Positions 11,750 through 24,300 of a stretch of 47,862 nucleotides of DNA are shown here, one piece after another. The DNA is from Chiloscyllium plagiosum (Eukaryota): assembly GCF_004010195.1 (NCBI RefSeq), contig NW_025214639.1, forward strand, positions 1-47,862. The letters are read 5' to 3'. The notes under the pieces are model-generated. The model had not been told where the DNA came from, made no database searches, and was given only the letters and a program-made list of their open reading frames with translations. Numbering within the stretch: position 1 is the stretch's first letter; every line of letters starts with the position of its first letter. Both the position numbers and the translations under genes were made by a program.

Positions 11750-12408
11750 CCTTTCATTCATTCATGGGACATGGGCATCGCTGACTGGACTCTCAGAGCA
11801 TTGGGCCATTGGTTGTGGGCCTGAAGTCACCTGACCAGGTAAGGACGGCAGATTTCCTCTCTCTGAAAGTGAGACAAATGGGTCTTCACGGTAATCAACA
11901 GTGGGGTTAAAATGAGGGAAGAGTGGCTAGTATTTAGGTGAATGCAATGGCCTAGTGGTATGATGGCTGGGCTGTTCACCCAAAAACTCAGCTCATGTTC
12001 TGGAGACCTGGGCATGAATCATGCCACGGCAGCTTGAATTCAGTTAATATCAGGGAATTATGCATCTAATAATCACCATGAATCAATTGTTGGAAAAACC
12101 TATCTGGTTCACTAATGTCCTTTCGGGAGGCAAACTGTCTTCCTTACCTGGTCGGCCCTACATTGTGACTCCAGACCCACAGCAATGGGATTAGCTCTTA
12201 ACTGTCCTCTGGGCAATTAGAAGTGGGAAATATATGCTAACCTAGCCAGTGATGCCCCATCCTGAGAATGATTTTTTTTTTTAAAAAATGACTGAATTGA
12301 AATTTTCCCCATCGGCCCCTACAGGATTTGAACCTATGTTCCCAAAAATTAGCTGGGGGATTCTGGATGACCAGTCTGGTGATATTATCGCGATGTCACC
12401 ACCTCCCT
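11750..12408 (-). mobile_element. Old tRNA-derived SINE (second family), split by a younger copy of the same family in opposite orientation
   Basis: 11810-11860 (GACCAGGTAAGGACGGCAGATTTCC) is the reverse complement of the core at 12125-12155. The head remnant with a B-box-like GGATTTGAACC lies at 12324-12334. Confidence 0.65.
11943..12287 (+). mobile_element. tRNA-derived SINE with conserved central core and LINE-derived tail
   Basis: A box TGGCCTAGTGG, core ATCTGGTTCACTAATGTCCTTTCGGGAGG...CCTTACCTGGTCGGCCTACA, and a tail loosely similar to the 3' end of the LINE at 43655-44060. Confidence 0.75.
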
Positions 12409-12654
12409 CTTTATGCTAACATGCTGCCAAGCACATATCAGATTACTGTCTTCCAATGAATGATGAACTCTTGTAACAAATTATGTGCATCATATTTATT
12501 TATCTCCGTTAAACATTGGTTTTAAAATCTCCCAAATTGACATAGATGGTTTTCGGTTCTGGGGTATTCCCGGTCACTCCAGCAGGATTGACAAACTAGG
12601 AAACCCAGCAGGATAAAGGATGGTCCTTAATGGGGCTCTCTTGAAAGAAAATTA

Positions 12655-13145
12655 CAGTCTGGAACTGTGACATCGAACTATAAAAGGAGATATGAGGTCA
12701 GATGCTTGGTCAAAGAGGTCAGTTTTAAGGAGAGTCTTGCAAGATGGAGATGGAGAGATGGAGATGGAGAGGTGGGAATTCTGATCTTCTAACCTGGGTG
12801 ACTGAAAACACAACAATTGCTGATGGTAGTCATGATGCGGAGATGCGGGTGTTGGACTGGGGGTGTACAAAGTTAAAACTCACACAACACCAGGTTATAG
12901 TCCAACAGGTTTAATTAGAAGCACTAGCTTTCGGAGCTCCTTTGCAACCACCTGATGAAAGCTAGTGCTTCCGATTAAACCTGTTGGATTATAACCTGGT
13001 GTTGTGTGAGTTTTAACATTGCTGATGGAGTGTTGCAAAACGTGGGATAATCAAGAGGCCAGAGGTAAATCTGTGCAGCTACTTTGGCAAGTTGGGGAAT
13101 ATTCCAAGGATAGGGGAGGGATGAGGCCGTGGGGAGATTTTAAAG
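12655..13145 (-). mobile_element. Old L2-like LINE 3' fragment, interrupted by the insertion at 12827-13017
   Basis: Minus-strand remnant KTLLKTDLFDQA resembles the FK..LKT.LF C-terminal motif of L2/CR1-group ORF2. Boundaries approximate. Confidence 0.55.
12827..13017. mobile_element. 191-bp insertion containing a 61-bp inverted repeat, flanked by an 11-bp direct repeat; Penelope-like terminal sequence
   Basis: Arms 12872-12932 and 12957-13017 match at 58/61. ATTGCTGATGG occurs at 12816-12826 and 13018-13028. Confidence 0.8.
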
Positions 13146-13589
13146 AAGTTTAAAGTTATACCTGACAATTATAGGCACTCCTTAACCATGAGGACCACAT
13201 AATGTCCGGGGAAAGGCCAACTATCAGATAAAACATGGACAAGTCAGGGTGAGAAAAATCTCTCTTCAGACAATTAGATTGGCCTGAATAAAAGGTTCAT
13301 AGTATTCTGTGAAGGTAGTCCTCAGAGCACCACGTCCTCAATCAAAACCAGAAAGCAACTTCTATTAGACTTGGCATTGTGTCATATGACAGGTTTAATT
13401 AATCACCTCAGAGTTAAAGCAACCCTTTGGGAGCAGCGATCACAATATGATTGAACTTTACATTCAGTTTGCAAGGGAGAATATTGGGCCCAGTTTTAAT
13501 AGCTTAGATTTAAGTAAGGGCCACTGTGTAGCCATGAAAATGTAAGAAGACATAAAGAGCTTGGAAAAGGATATGGATTTAATTGAGAA

Positions 13590-13880
13590 GGTAAAAATCT
13601 AGCAGATAGATTTTGGGATCATAGTGCATGAGCTGCAAATAGTTCATGTGCTGGAATGTCTTTGTTCAAGAAGGCTTAATGGGATGTTCTACTGAACATA
13701 AAATATTACACCGAGCATTAGTGAGACCAGATCCCTAATACGGTGTCTATTTTTGATCTCCTTATTTAAAGAAAGATATAAATGTGTTGGAAGAGGTTCA
13801 GAGGAGTTTGATTCAATTGATATCTGGAATGGGTTGACTTCTGAGGAGGCTGGGCTCATTTCCACTGGAGTTTAGGGTAG
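13590..13880 (+). mobile_element. Highly degenerate CR1-like ORF2 3' remnant
   Basis: ...TTGGAAGAGGTTCAGAGGAGTTTG...CTGGAATG...GAGGCTGGGCTCATTTCCACTGGAGTTTAG resembles the LE.VQRR / RL.L.SLE C-terminal CR1 segments elsewhere in the window. Confidence 0.5.
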
Positions 13881-13937
13881 CCACAGTTCATGACAGCCAC
13901 CAGCTCAGGCATGTGACTTCCAGTCAGTTCTGACAGT

Positions 13938-14415
13938 TATAGAATGTCAAGCATCGAACATTAAAGCGCCCTTTGGCCCTTGATTTTGCACCGACCTATG
14001 GAACCCATCTTAAGCCCATCTAACCTACACTATTCCATTCTCATGCATATGTTTATCCAATGACCATTTAAATGCCCTTAAAGTTGGCGAGTCTACTACT
14101 GTTGCAGCAAGGGCATTCCCTTGCCCCTACTACTCTCTGAGTAAAGAAACTACCTCAGACATCTGTCCTATATATATCACTCCTCAATTTAAAGCTATGT
14201 CCCCTCGTGCTAGCCATCACCATCTGAGGAAAACGGCTCTCATTGTCCACCCTACCAAACTCTCTGATTATCTTATATGTCTCAATTCAGTCAGATCTCA
14301 AACTCCTTCCCTCTAACGAAAACAGCCTGAATCTCTCAGCCTTTCCTCATTAAGTCTTGCCCTCCATAACAAGCAATATCGTAGTAGATATCCTCTGAAC
14401 CCTTTCCAAAGCTTC
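13938..14415 (-). mobile_element. CR1/HER1-like LINE 3' end
   Basis: Minus-strand remnant EERLRDSGCF.., followed by sequence resembling the reverse complement of 5160-5400 and a GGTCGGTGCAA...GGCCAAAGGG tail. Confidence 0.85.
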
Positions 14416-14819
14416 TTAACTGAAGACATGTGAGTTCCAGTAATCTCAGCAGCTATCAGCCTTGGCTGATTATCCAGCTTCAACAATGTCAGTTGATTGA
14501 AAGAAATGTGTCCCACAGTTTCCCTTCAGTTATGTTTTAAAAAAGGCATCTTCTCCGTTCAGTGAATGAACCCACTTTCAGCATTCTTCAGACACCAATC
14601 CTCAGTAAGTTAAGCCTCAGTTTCAAACAGGTGCCTGTGAATCGCCTTTGGGTGCTTTGCATTAAAGGTGCTATGGAAATGCTGGTTGTTGTTGTCAGAG
14701 GGCTATGGGGATCATGCTAAGGAACCGTTTCCTGTCATGGACTCCTTTATGGTCCTCAAATGATCAGATTGAGCTGGTTGAGATTTTTGGACAACAGTTC
14801 CGCAGCTGCCGAAAATCTC

Positions 14820-14917
14820 AGTGTGGAAACAGGTCATTCAGCCCATGGAGACTCCACTGACCCTCCAAAGAGTATCCCAACCAGGATCATCCTACACCCT
14901 AACCCTGAATTTCCCAA
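14820..14917 (-). mobile_element. 3' part of an HE1-like SINE; the head is missing
   Basis: AGTGTGGAAACAGGTCATTCAGCCC...CTGACCCTCCAAAGAGTATCCCA closely parallels 8929-8990 of the intact SINE. Confidence 0.85.
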
Positions 14918-15306
14918 GGCTAATCCACATAACCTGCACATCACTGGACACTATGGGTAATTTAGCATGGCTAATCCACATAACCTGCACATCACCAGAC
15001 ACTATGGGTATTTTAGCATGGCTAATCCACCCTAACCTGTACATCACTGGACACTATGGGTAATTTAGCATGGCTAATCCACATAACCTGCACATCACCA
15101 GACACTATGGGTAATTTATCATGGCTAATCCACCCTAACGTGTACATCACTGGACACTATAGGTAATTTAGCATGGCTAATCCAACTGGACACTATAGGT
15201 AATTTAGCATGGCTAATCCACCCTAACCTATACATCACTGAACACTATAGGTAATTTAGCATGGCTAATCCACCCTAACCTGCACATCACTGGACACTAT
15301 GGGTAA
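14918..15306. repeat. ~51-52-bp tandem repeat (about 8 copies, one shortened) derived from the SINE body
   Basis: GGCTAATCCAC..TAACCTGCACATCACTGGACACTATGGGTAATTTAGCAT recurs at ~14918, 14969, 15020, 15072, 15123, 15175, 15211 and 15263. It is homologous to 9022-9075. Confidence 0.93.
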
Positions 15307-18300
15307 GTGGAGACGGTGTGTTTACCATGGGATAGACGGGTACGGTGTGGAGACGGTGTGTTTACCATGGGATAGACGGGTACGGTGTGGAGACGGTGTG
15401 TTTACCATGGGATAGACGGGTACGGTGTGGAGACGGTGTGTTTACCATGGGATAGACGGGTACGGTGTGGAGACGGTGTGTTTACCATGGGATAGACGGG
15501 TACGGTGTGGAGACGGTGTGTTTACCATGGGATAGACGGGTACGGTGTGGAGACGGTGTGTTTACCATGGGATAGACGGGTACGGTGTGGAGACGGTGTG
15601 TTTACCATGGGATAGACGGGTACGGTGTGGAGACGGTGTGTTTACCATGGGATAGACGGGTACGGTGTGGAGACGGTGTGTTTACCATGGGATAGACGGG
15701 TACGGTGTGGAGACGGTGTGTTTACCATGGGATAGACGGGTACGGTGTGGAGACGGTGTGTTTACCATGGGATAGACGGGTACGGTGTGGAGACGGTGTG
15801 TTTACCATGGGATAGACGGGTACGGTGTGGAGACGGTGTGTTTACCATGGGATAGACGGGTACGGTGTGGAGACGGTGTGTTTACCATGGGATAGACGGG
15901 TACGGTGTGGAGACGGTGTGTTTACCATGGGATAGACGGGTACGGTGTGGAGACGGTGTGTTTACCATGGGATAGACGGGTACGGTGTGGAGACGGTGTG
16001 TTTACCATGGGATAGACGGGTACGGTGTGGAGACGGTGTGTTTACCATGGGATAGACGGGTACGGTGTGGAGACGGTGTGTTTACCATGGGATAGACGGG
16101 TACGGTGTGGAGACGGTGTGTTTACCATGGGATAGACGGGTACGGTGTGGAGACGGTGTGTTTACCATGGGATAGACGGGTACGGTGTGGAGACGGTGTG
16201 TTTACCATGGGATAGACGGGTACGGTGTGGAGACGGTGTGTTTACCATGGGATAGACGGGTACGGTGTGGAGACGGTGTGTTTACCATGGGATAGACGGG
16301 TACGGTGTGGAGACGGTGTGTTTACCATGGGATAGACGGGTACGGTGTGGAGACGGTGTGTTTACCATGGGATAGACGGGTACGGTGTGGAGACGGTGTG
16401 TTTACCATGGGATAGACGGGTACGGTGTGGAGACGGTGTGTTTACCATGGGATAGACGGGTACGGTGTGGAGACGGTGTGTTTACCATGGGATAGACGGG
16501 TACGGTGTGGAGACGGTGTGTTTACCATGGGATAGACGGGTACGGTGTGGAGACGGTGTGTTTACCATGGGATAGACGGGTACGGTGTGGAGACGGTGTG
16601 TTTACCATGGGATAGACGGGTACGGTGTGGAGACGGTGTGTTTACCATGGGATAGACGGGTACGGTGTGGAGACGGTGTGTTTACCATGGGATAGACGGG
16701 TACGGTGTGGAGACGGTGTGTTTACCATGGGATAGACGGGTACGGTGTGGAGACGGTGTGTTTACCATGGGATAGACGGGTACGGTGTGGAGACGGTGTG
16801 TTTACCATGGGATAGACGGGTACGGTGTGGAGACGGTGTGTTTACCATGGGATAGACGGGTACGGTGTGGAGACGGTGTGTTTACCATGGGATAGACGGG
16901 TACGGTGTGGAGACGGTGTGTTTACCATGGGATAGACGGGTACGGTGTGGAGACGGTGTGTTTACCATGGGATAGACGGGTACGGTGTGGAGACGGTGTG
17001 TTTACCATGGGATAGACGGGTACGGTGTGGAGACGGTGTGTTTACCATGGGATAGACGGGTACGGTGTGGAGACGGTGTGTTTACCATGGGATAGACGGG
17101 TACGGTGTGGAGACGGTGTGTTTACCATGGGATAGACGGGTACGGTGTGGAGACGGTGTGTTTACCATGGGATAGACGGGTACGGTGTGGAGACGGTGTG
17201 TTTACCATGGGATAGACGGGTACGGTGTGGAGACGGTGTGTTTACCATGGGATAGACGGGTACGGTGTGGAGACGGTGTGTTTACCATGGGATAGACGGG
17301 TACGGTGTGGAGACGGTGTGTTTACCATGGGATAGACGGGTACGGTGTGGAGACGGTGTGTTTACCATGGGATAGACGGGTACGGTGTGGAGACGGTGTG
17401 TTTACCATGGGATAGACGGGTACGGTGTGGAGACGGTGTGTTTACCATGGGATAGACGGGTACGGTGTGGAGACGGTGTGTTTACCATGGGATAGACGGG
17501 TACGGTGTGGAGACGGTGTGTTTACCATGGGATAGACGGGTACGGTGTGGAGACGGTGTGTTTACCATGGGATAGACGGGTACGGTGTGGAGACGGTGTG
17601 TTTACCATGGGATAGACGGGTACGGTGTGGAGACGGTGTGTTTACCATGGGATAGACGGGTACGGTGTGGAGACGGTGTGTTTACCATGGGATAGACGGG
17701 TACGGTGTGGAGACGGTGTGTTTACCATGGGATAGACGGGTACGGTGTGGAGACGGTGTGTTTACCATGGGATAGACGGGTACGGTGTGGAGACGGTGTG
17801 TTTACCATGGGATAGACGGGTACGGTGTGGAGACGGTGTGTTTACCATGGGATAGACGGGTACGGTGTGGAGACGGTGTGTTTACCATGGGATAGACGGG
17901 TACGGTGTGGAGACGGTGTGTTTACCATGGGATAGACGGGTACGGTGTGGAGACGGTGTGTTTACCATGGGATAGACGGGTACGGTGTGGAGACGGTGTG
18001 TTTACCATGGGATAGACGGGTACGGTGTGGAGACGGTGTGTTTACCATGGGATAGACGGGTACGGTGTGGAGACGGTGTGTTTACCATGGGATAGACGGG
18101 TACGGTGTGGAGACGGTGTGTTTACCATGGGATAGACGGGTACGGTGTGGAGACGGTGTGTTTACCATGGGATAGACGGGTACGGTGTGGAGACGGTGTG
18201 TTTACCATGGGATAGACGGGTACGGTGTGGAGACGGTGTGTTTACCATGGGATAGACGGGTACGGTGTGGAGACGGTGTGTTTACCATGGGATAGACGGG

Positions 18301-21300
18301 TACGGTGTGGAGACGGTGTGTTTACCATGGGATAGACGGGTACGGTGTGGAGACGGTGTGTTTACCATGGGATAGACGGGTACGGTGTGGAGACGGTGTG
18401 TTTACCATGGGATAGACGGGTACGGTGTGGAGACGGTGTGTTTACCATGGGATAGACGGGTACGGTGTGGAGACGGTGTGTTTACCATGGGATAGACGGG
18501 TACGGTGTGGAGACGGTGTGTTTACCATGGGATAGACGGGTACGGTGTGGAGACGGTGTGTTTACCATGGGATAGACGGGTACGGTGTGGAGACGGTGTG
18601 TTTACCATGGGATAGACGGGTACGGTGTGGAGACGGTGTGTTTACCATGGGATAGACGGGTACGGTGTGGAGACGGTGTGTTTACCATGGGATAGACGGG
18701 TACGGTGTGGAGACGGTGTGTTTACCATGGGATAGACGGGTACGGTGTGGAGACGGTGTGTTTACCATGGGATAGACGGGTACGGTGTGGAGACGGTGTG
18801 TTTACCATGGGATAGACGGGTACGGTGTGGAGACGGTGTGTTTACCATGGGATAGACGGGTACGGTGTGGAGACGGTGTGTTTACCATGGGATAGACGGG
18901 TACGGTGTGGAGACGGTGTGTTTACCATGGGATAGACGGGTACGGTGTGGAGACGGTGTGTTTACCATGGGATAGACGGGTACGGTGTGGAGACGGTGTG
19001 TTTACCATGGGATAGACGGGTACGGTGTGGAGACGGTGTGTTTACCATGGGATAGACGGGTACGGTGTGGAGACGGTGTGTTTACCATGGGATAGACGGG
19101 TACGGTGTGGAGACGGTGTGTTTACCATGGGATAGACGGGTACGGTGTGGAGACGGTGTGTTTACCATGGGATAGACGGGTACGGTGTGGAGACGGTGTG
19201 TTTACCATGGGATAGACGGGTACGGTGTGGAGACGGTGTGTTTACCATGGGATAGACGGGTACGGTGTGGAGACGGTGTGTTTACCATGGGATAGACGGG
19301 TACGGTGTGGAGACGGTGTGTTTACCATGGGATAGACGGGTACGGTGTGGAGACGGTGTGTTTACCATGGGATAGACGGGTACGGTGTGGAGACGGTGTG
19401 TTTACCATGGGATAGACGGGTACGGTGTGGAGACGGTGTGTTTACCATGGGATAGACGGGTACGGTGTGGAGACGGTGTGTTTACCATGGGATAGACGGG
19501 TACGGTGTGGAGACGGTGTGTTTACCATGGGATAGACGGGTACGGTGTGGAGACGGTGTGTTTACCATGGGATAGACGGGTACGGTGTGGAGACGGTGTG
19601 TTTACCATGGGATAGACGGGTACGGTGTGGAGACGGTGTGTTTACCATGGGATAGACGGGTACGGTGTGGAGACGGTGTGTTTACCATGGGATAGACGGG
19701 TACGGTGTGGAGACGGTGTGTTTACCATGGGATAGACGGGTACGGTGTGGAGACGGTGTGTTTACCATGGGATAGACGGGTACGGTGTGGAGACGGTGTG
19801 TTTACCATGGGATAGACGGGTACGGTGTGGAGACGGTGTGTTTACCATGGGATAGACGGGTACGGTGTGGAGACGGTGTGTTTACCATGGGATAGACGGG
19901 TACGGTGTGGAGACGGTGTGTTTACCATGGGATAGACGGGTACGGTGTGGAGACGGTGTGTTTACCATGGGATAGACGGGTACGGTGTGGAGACGGTGTG
20001 TTTACCATGGGATAGACGGGTACGGTGTGGAGACGGTGTGTTTACCATGGGATAGACGGGTACGGTGTGGAGACGGTGTGTTTACCATGGGATAGACGGG
20101 TACGGTGTGGAGACGGTGTGTTTACCATGGGATAGACGGGTACGGTGTGGAGACGGTGTGTTTACCATGGGATAGACGGGTACGGTGTGGAGACGGTGTG
20201 TTTACCATGGGATAGACGGGTACGGTGTGGAGACGGTGTGTTTACCATGGGATAGACGGGTACGGTGTGGAGACGGTGTGTTTACCATGGGATAGACGGG
20301 TACGGTGTGGAGACGGTGTGTTTACCATGGGATAGACGGGTACGGTGTGGAGACGGTGTGTTTACCATGGGATAGACGGGTACGGTGTGGAGACGGTGTG
20401 TTTACCATGGGATAGACGGGTACGGTGTGGAGACGGTGTGTTTACCATGGGATAGACGGGTACGGTGTGGAGACGGTGTGTTTACCATGGGATAGACGGG
20501 TACGGTGTGGAGACGGTGTGTTTACCATGGGATAGACGGGTACGGTGTGGAGACGGTGTGTTTACCATGGGATAGACGGGTACGGTGTGGAGACGGTGTG
20601 TTTACCATGGGATAGACGGGTACGGTGTGGAGACGGTGTGTTTACCATGGGATAGACGGGTACGGTGTGGAGACGGTGTGTTTACCATGGGATAGACGGG
20701 TACGGTGTGGAGACGGTGTGTTTACCATGGGATAGACGGGTACGGTGTGGAGACGGTGTGTTTACCATGGGATAGACGGGTACGGTGTGGAGACGGTGTG
20801 TTTACCATGGGATAGACGGGTACGGTGTGGAGACGGTGTGTTTACCATGGGATAGACGGGTACGGTGTGGAGACGGTGTGTTTACCATGGGATAGACGGG
20901 TACGGTGTGGAGACGGTGTGTTTACCATGGGATAGACGGGTACGGTGTGGAGACGGTGTGTTTACCATGGGATAGACGGGTACGGTGTGGAGACGGTGTG
21001 TTTACCATGGGATAGACGGGTACGGTGTGGAGACGGTGTGTTTACCATGGGATAGACGGGTACGGTGTGGAGACGGTGTGTTTACCATGGGATAGACGGG
21101 TACGGTGTGGAGACGGTGTGTTTACCATGGGATAGACGGGTACGGTGTGGAGACGGTGTGTTTACCATGGGATAGACGGGTACGGTGTGGAGACGGTGTG
21201 TTTACCATGGGATAGACGGGTACGGTGTGGAGACGGTGTGTTTACCATGGGATAGACGGGTACGGTGTGGAGACGGTGTGTTTACCATGGGATAGACGGG

Positions 21301-24300
21301 TACGGTGTGGAGACGGTGTGTTTACCATGGGATAGACGGGTACGGTGTGGAGACGGTGTGTTTACCATGGGATAGACGGGTACGGTGTGGAGACGGTGTG
21401 TTTACCATGGGATAGACGGGTACGGTGTGGAGACGGTGTGTTTACCATGGGATAGACGGGTACGGTGTGGAGACGGTGTGTTTACCATGGGATAGACGGG
21501 TACGGTGTGGAGACGGTGTGTTTACCATGGGATAGACGGGTACGGTGTGGAGACGGTGTGTTTACCATGGGATAGACGGGTACGGTGTGGAGACGGTGTG
21601 TTTACCATGGGATAGACGGGTACGGTGTGGAGACGGTGTGTTTACCATGGGATAGACGGGTACGGTGTGGAGACGGTGTGTTTACCATGGGATAGACGGG
21701 TACGGTGTGGAGACGGTGTGTTTACCATGGGATAGACGGGTACGGTGTGGAGACGGTGTGTTTACCATGGGATAGACGGGTACGGTGTGGAGACGGTGTG
21801 TTTACCATGGGATAGACGGGTACGGTGTGGAGACGGTGTGTTTACCATGGGATAGACGGGTACGGTGTGGAGACGGTGTGTTTACCATGGGATAGACGGG
21901 TACGGTGTGGAGACGGTGTGTTTACCATGGGATAGACGGGTACGGTGTGGAGACGGTGTGTTTACCATGGGATAGACGGGTACGGTGTGGAGACGGTGTG
22001 TTTACCATGGGATAGACGGGTACGGTGTGGAGACGGTGTGTTTACCATGGGATAGACGGGTACGGTGTGGAGACGGTGTGTTTACCATGGGATAGACGGG
22101 TACGGTGTGGAGACGGTGTGTTTACCATGGGATAGACGGGTACGGTGTGGAGACGGTGTGTTTACCATGGGATAGACGGGTACGGTGTGGAGACGGTGTG
22201 TTTACCATGGGATAGACGGGTACGGTGTGGAGACGGTGTGTTTACCATGGGATAGACGGGTACGGTGTGGAGACGGTGTGTTTACCATGGGATAGACGGG
22301 TACGGTGTGGAGACGGTGTGTTTACCATGGGATAGACGGGTACGGTGTGGAGACGGTGTGTTTACCATGGGATAGACGGGTACGGTGTGGAGACGGTGTG
22401 TTTACCATGGGATAGACGGGTACGGTGTGGAGACGGTGTGTTTACCATGGGATAGACGGGTACGGTGTGGAGACGGTGTGTTTACCATGGGATAGACGGG
22501 TACGGTGTGGAGACGGTGTGTTTACCATGGGATAGACGGGTACGGTGTGGAGACGGTGTGTTTACCATGGGATAGACGGGTACGGTGTGGAGACGGTGTG
22601 TTTACCATGGGATAGACGGGTACGGTGTGGAGACGGTGTGTTTACCATGGGATAGACGGGTACGGTGTGGAGACGGTGTGTTTACCATGGGATAGACGGG
22701 TACGGTGTGGAGACGGTGTGTTTACCATGGGATAGACGGGTACGGTGTGGAGACGGTGTGTTTACCATGGGATAGACGGGTACGGTGTGGAGACGGTGTG
22801 TTTACCATGGGATAGACGGGTACGGTGTGGAGACGGTGTGTTTACCATGGGATAGACGGGTACGGTGTGGAGACGGTGTGTTTACCATGGGATAGACGGG
22901 TACGGTGTGGAGACGGTGTGTTTACCATGGGATAGACGGGTACGGTGTGGAGACGGTGTGTTTACCATGGGATAGACGGGTACGGTGTGGAGACGGTGTG
23001 TTTACCATGGGATAGACGGGTACGGTGTGGAGACGGTGTGTTTACCATGGGATAGACGGGTACGGTGTGGAGACGGTGTGTTTACCATGGGATAGACGGG
23101 TACGGTGTGGAGACGGTGTGTTTACCATGGGATAGACGGGTACGGTGTGGAGACGGTGTGTTTACCATGGGATAGACGGGTACGGTGTGGAGACGGTGTG
23201 TTTACCATGGGATAGACGGGTACGGTGTGGAGACGGTGTGTTTACCATGGGATAGACGGGTACGGTGTGGAGACGGTGTGTTTACCATGGGATAGACGGG
23301 TACGGTGTGGAGACGGTGTGTTTACCATGGGATAGACGGGTACGGTGTGGAGACGGTGTGTTTACCATGGGATAGACGGGTACGGTGTGGAGACGGTGTG
23401 TTTACCATGGGATAGACGGGTACGGTGTGGAGACGGTGTGTTTACCATGGGATAGACGGGTACGGTGTGGAGACGGTGTGTTTACCATGGGATAGACGGG
23501 TACGGTGTGGAGACGGTGTGTTTACCATGGGATAGACGGGTACGGTGTGGAGACGGTGTGTTTACCATGGGATAGACGGGTACGGTGTGGAGACGGTGTG
23601 TTTACCATGGGATAGACGGGTACGGTGTGGAGACGGTGTGTTTACCATGGGATAGACGGGTACGGTGTGGAGACGGTGTGTTTACCATGGGATAGACGGG
23701 TACGGTGTGGAGACGGTGTGTTTACCATGGGATAGACGGGTACGGTGTGGAGACGGTGTGTTTACCATGGGATAGACGGGTACGGTGTGGAGACGGTGTG
23801 TTTACCATGGGATAGACGGGTACGGTGTGGAGACGGTGTGTTTACCATGGGATAGACGGGTACGGTGTGGAGACGGTGTGTTTACCATGGGATAGACGGG
23901 TACGGTGTGGAGACGGTGTGTTTACCATGGGATAGACGGGTACGGTGTGGAGACGGTGTGTTTACCATGGGATAGACGGGTACGGTGTGGAGACGGTGTG
24001 TTTACCATGGGATAGACGGGTACGGTGTGGAGACGGTGTGTTTACCATGGGATAGACGGGTACGGTGTGGAGACGGTGTGTTTACCATGGGATAGACGGG
24101 TACGGTGTGGAGACGGTGTGTTTACCATGGGATAGACGGGTACGGTGTGGAGACGGTGTGTTTACCATGGGATAGACGGGTACGGTGTGGAGACGGTGTG
24201 TTTACCATGGGATAGACGGGTACGGTGTGGAGACGGTGTGTTTACCATGGGATAGACGGGTACGGTGTGGAGACGGTGTGTTTACCATGGGATAGACGGG

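Noticed and set aside
14415..14465. Minus-strand LIAAEITGTHM resembling the expected DSLAAEIEGTM exon
   Set aside because: The nearest AG gives a phase-0 frame that stops after a few codons, similarity is short, and it runs into a LINE fragment. Probably chance; a tblastn would settle it.
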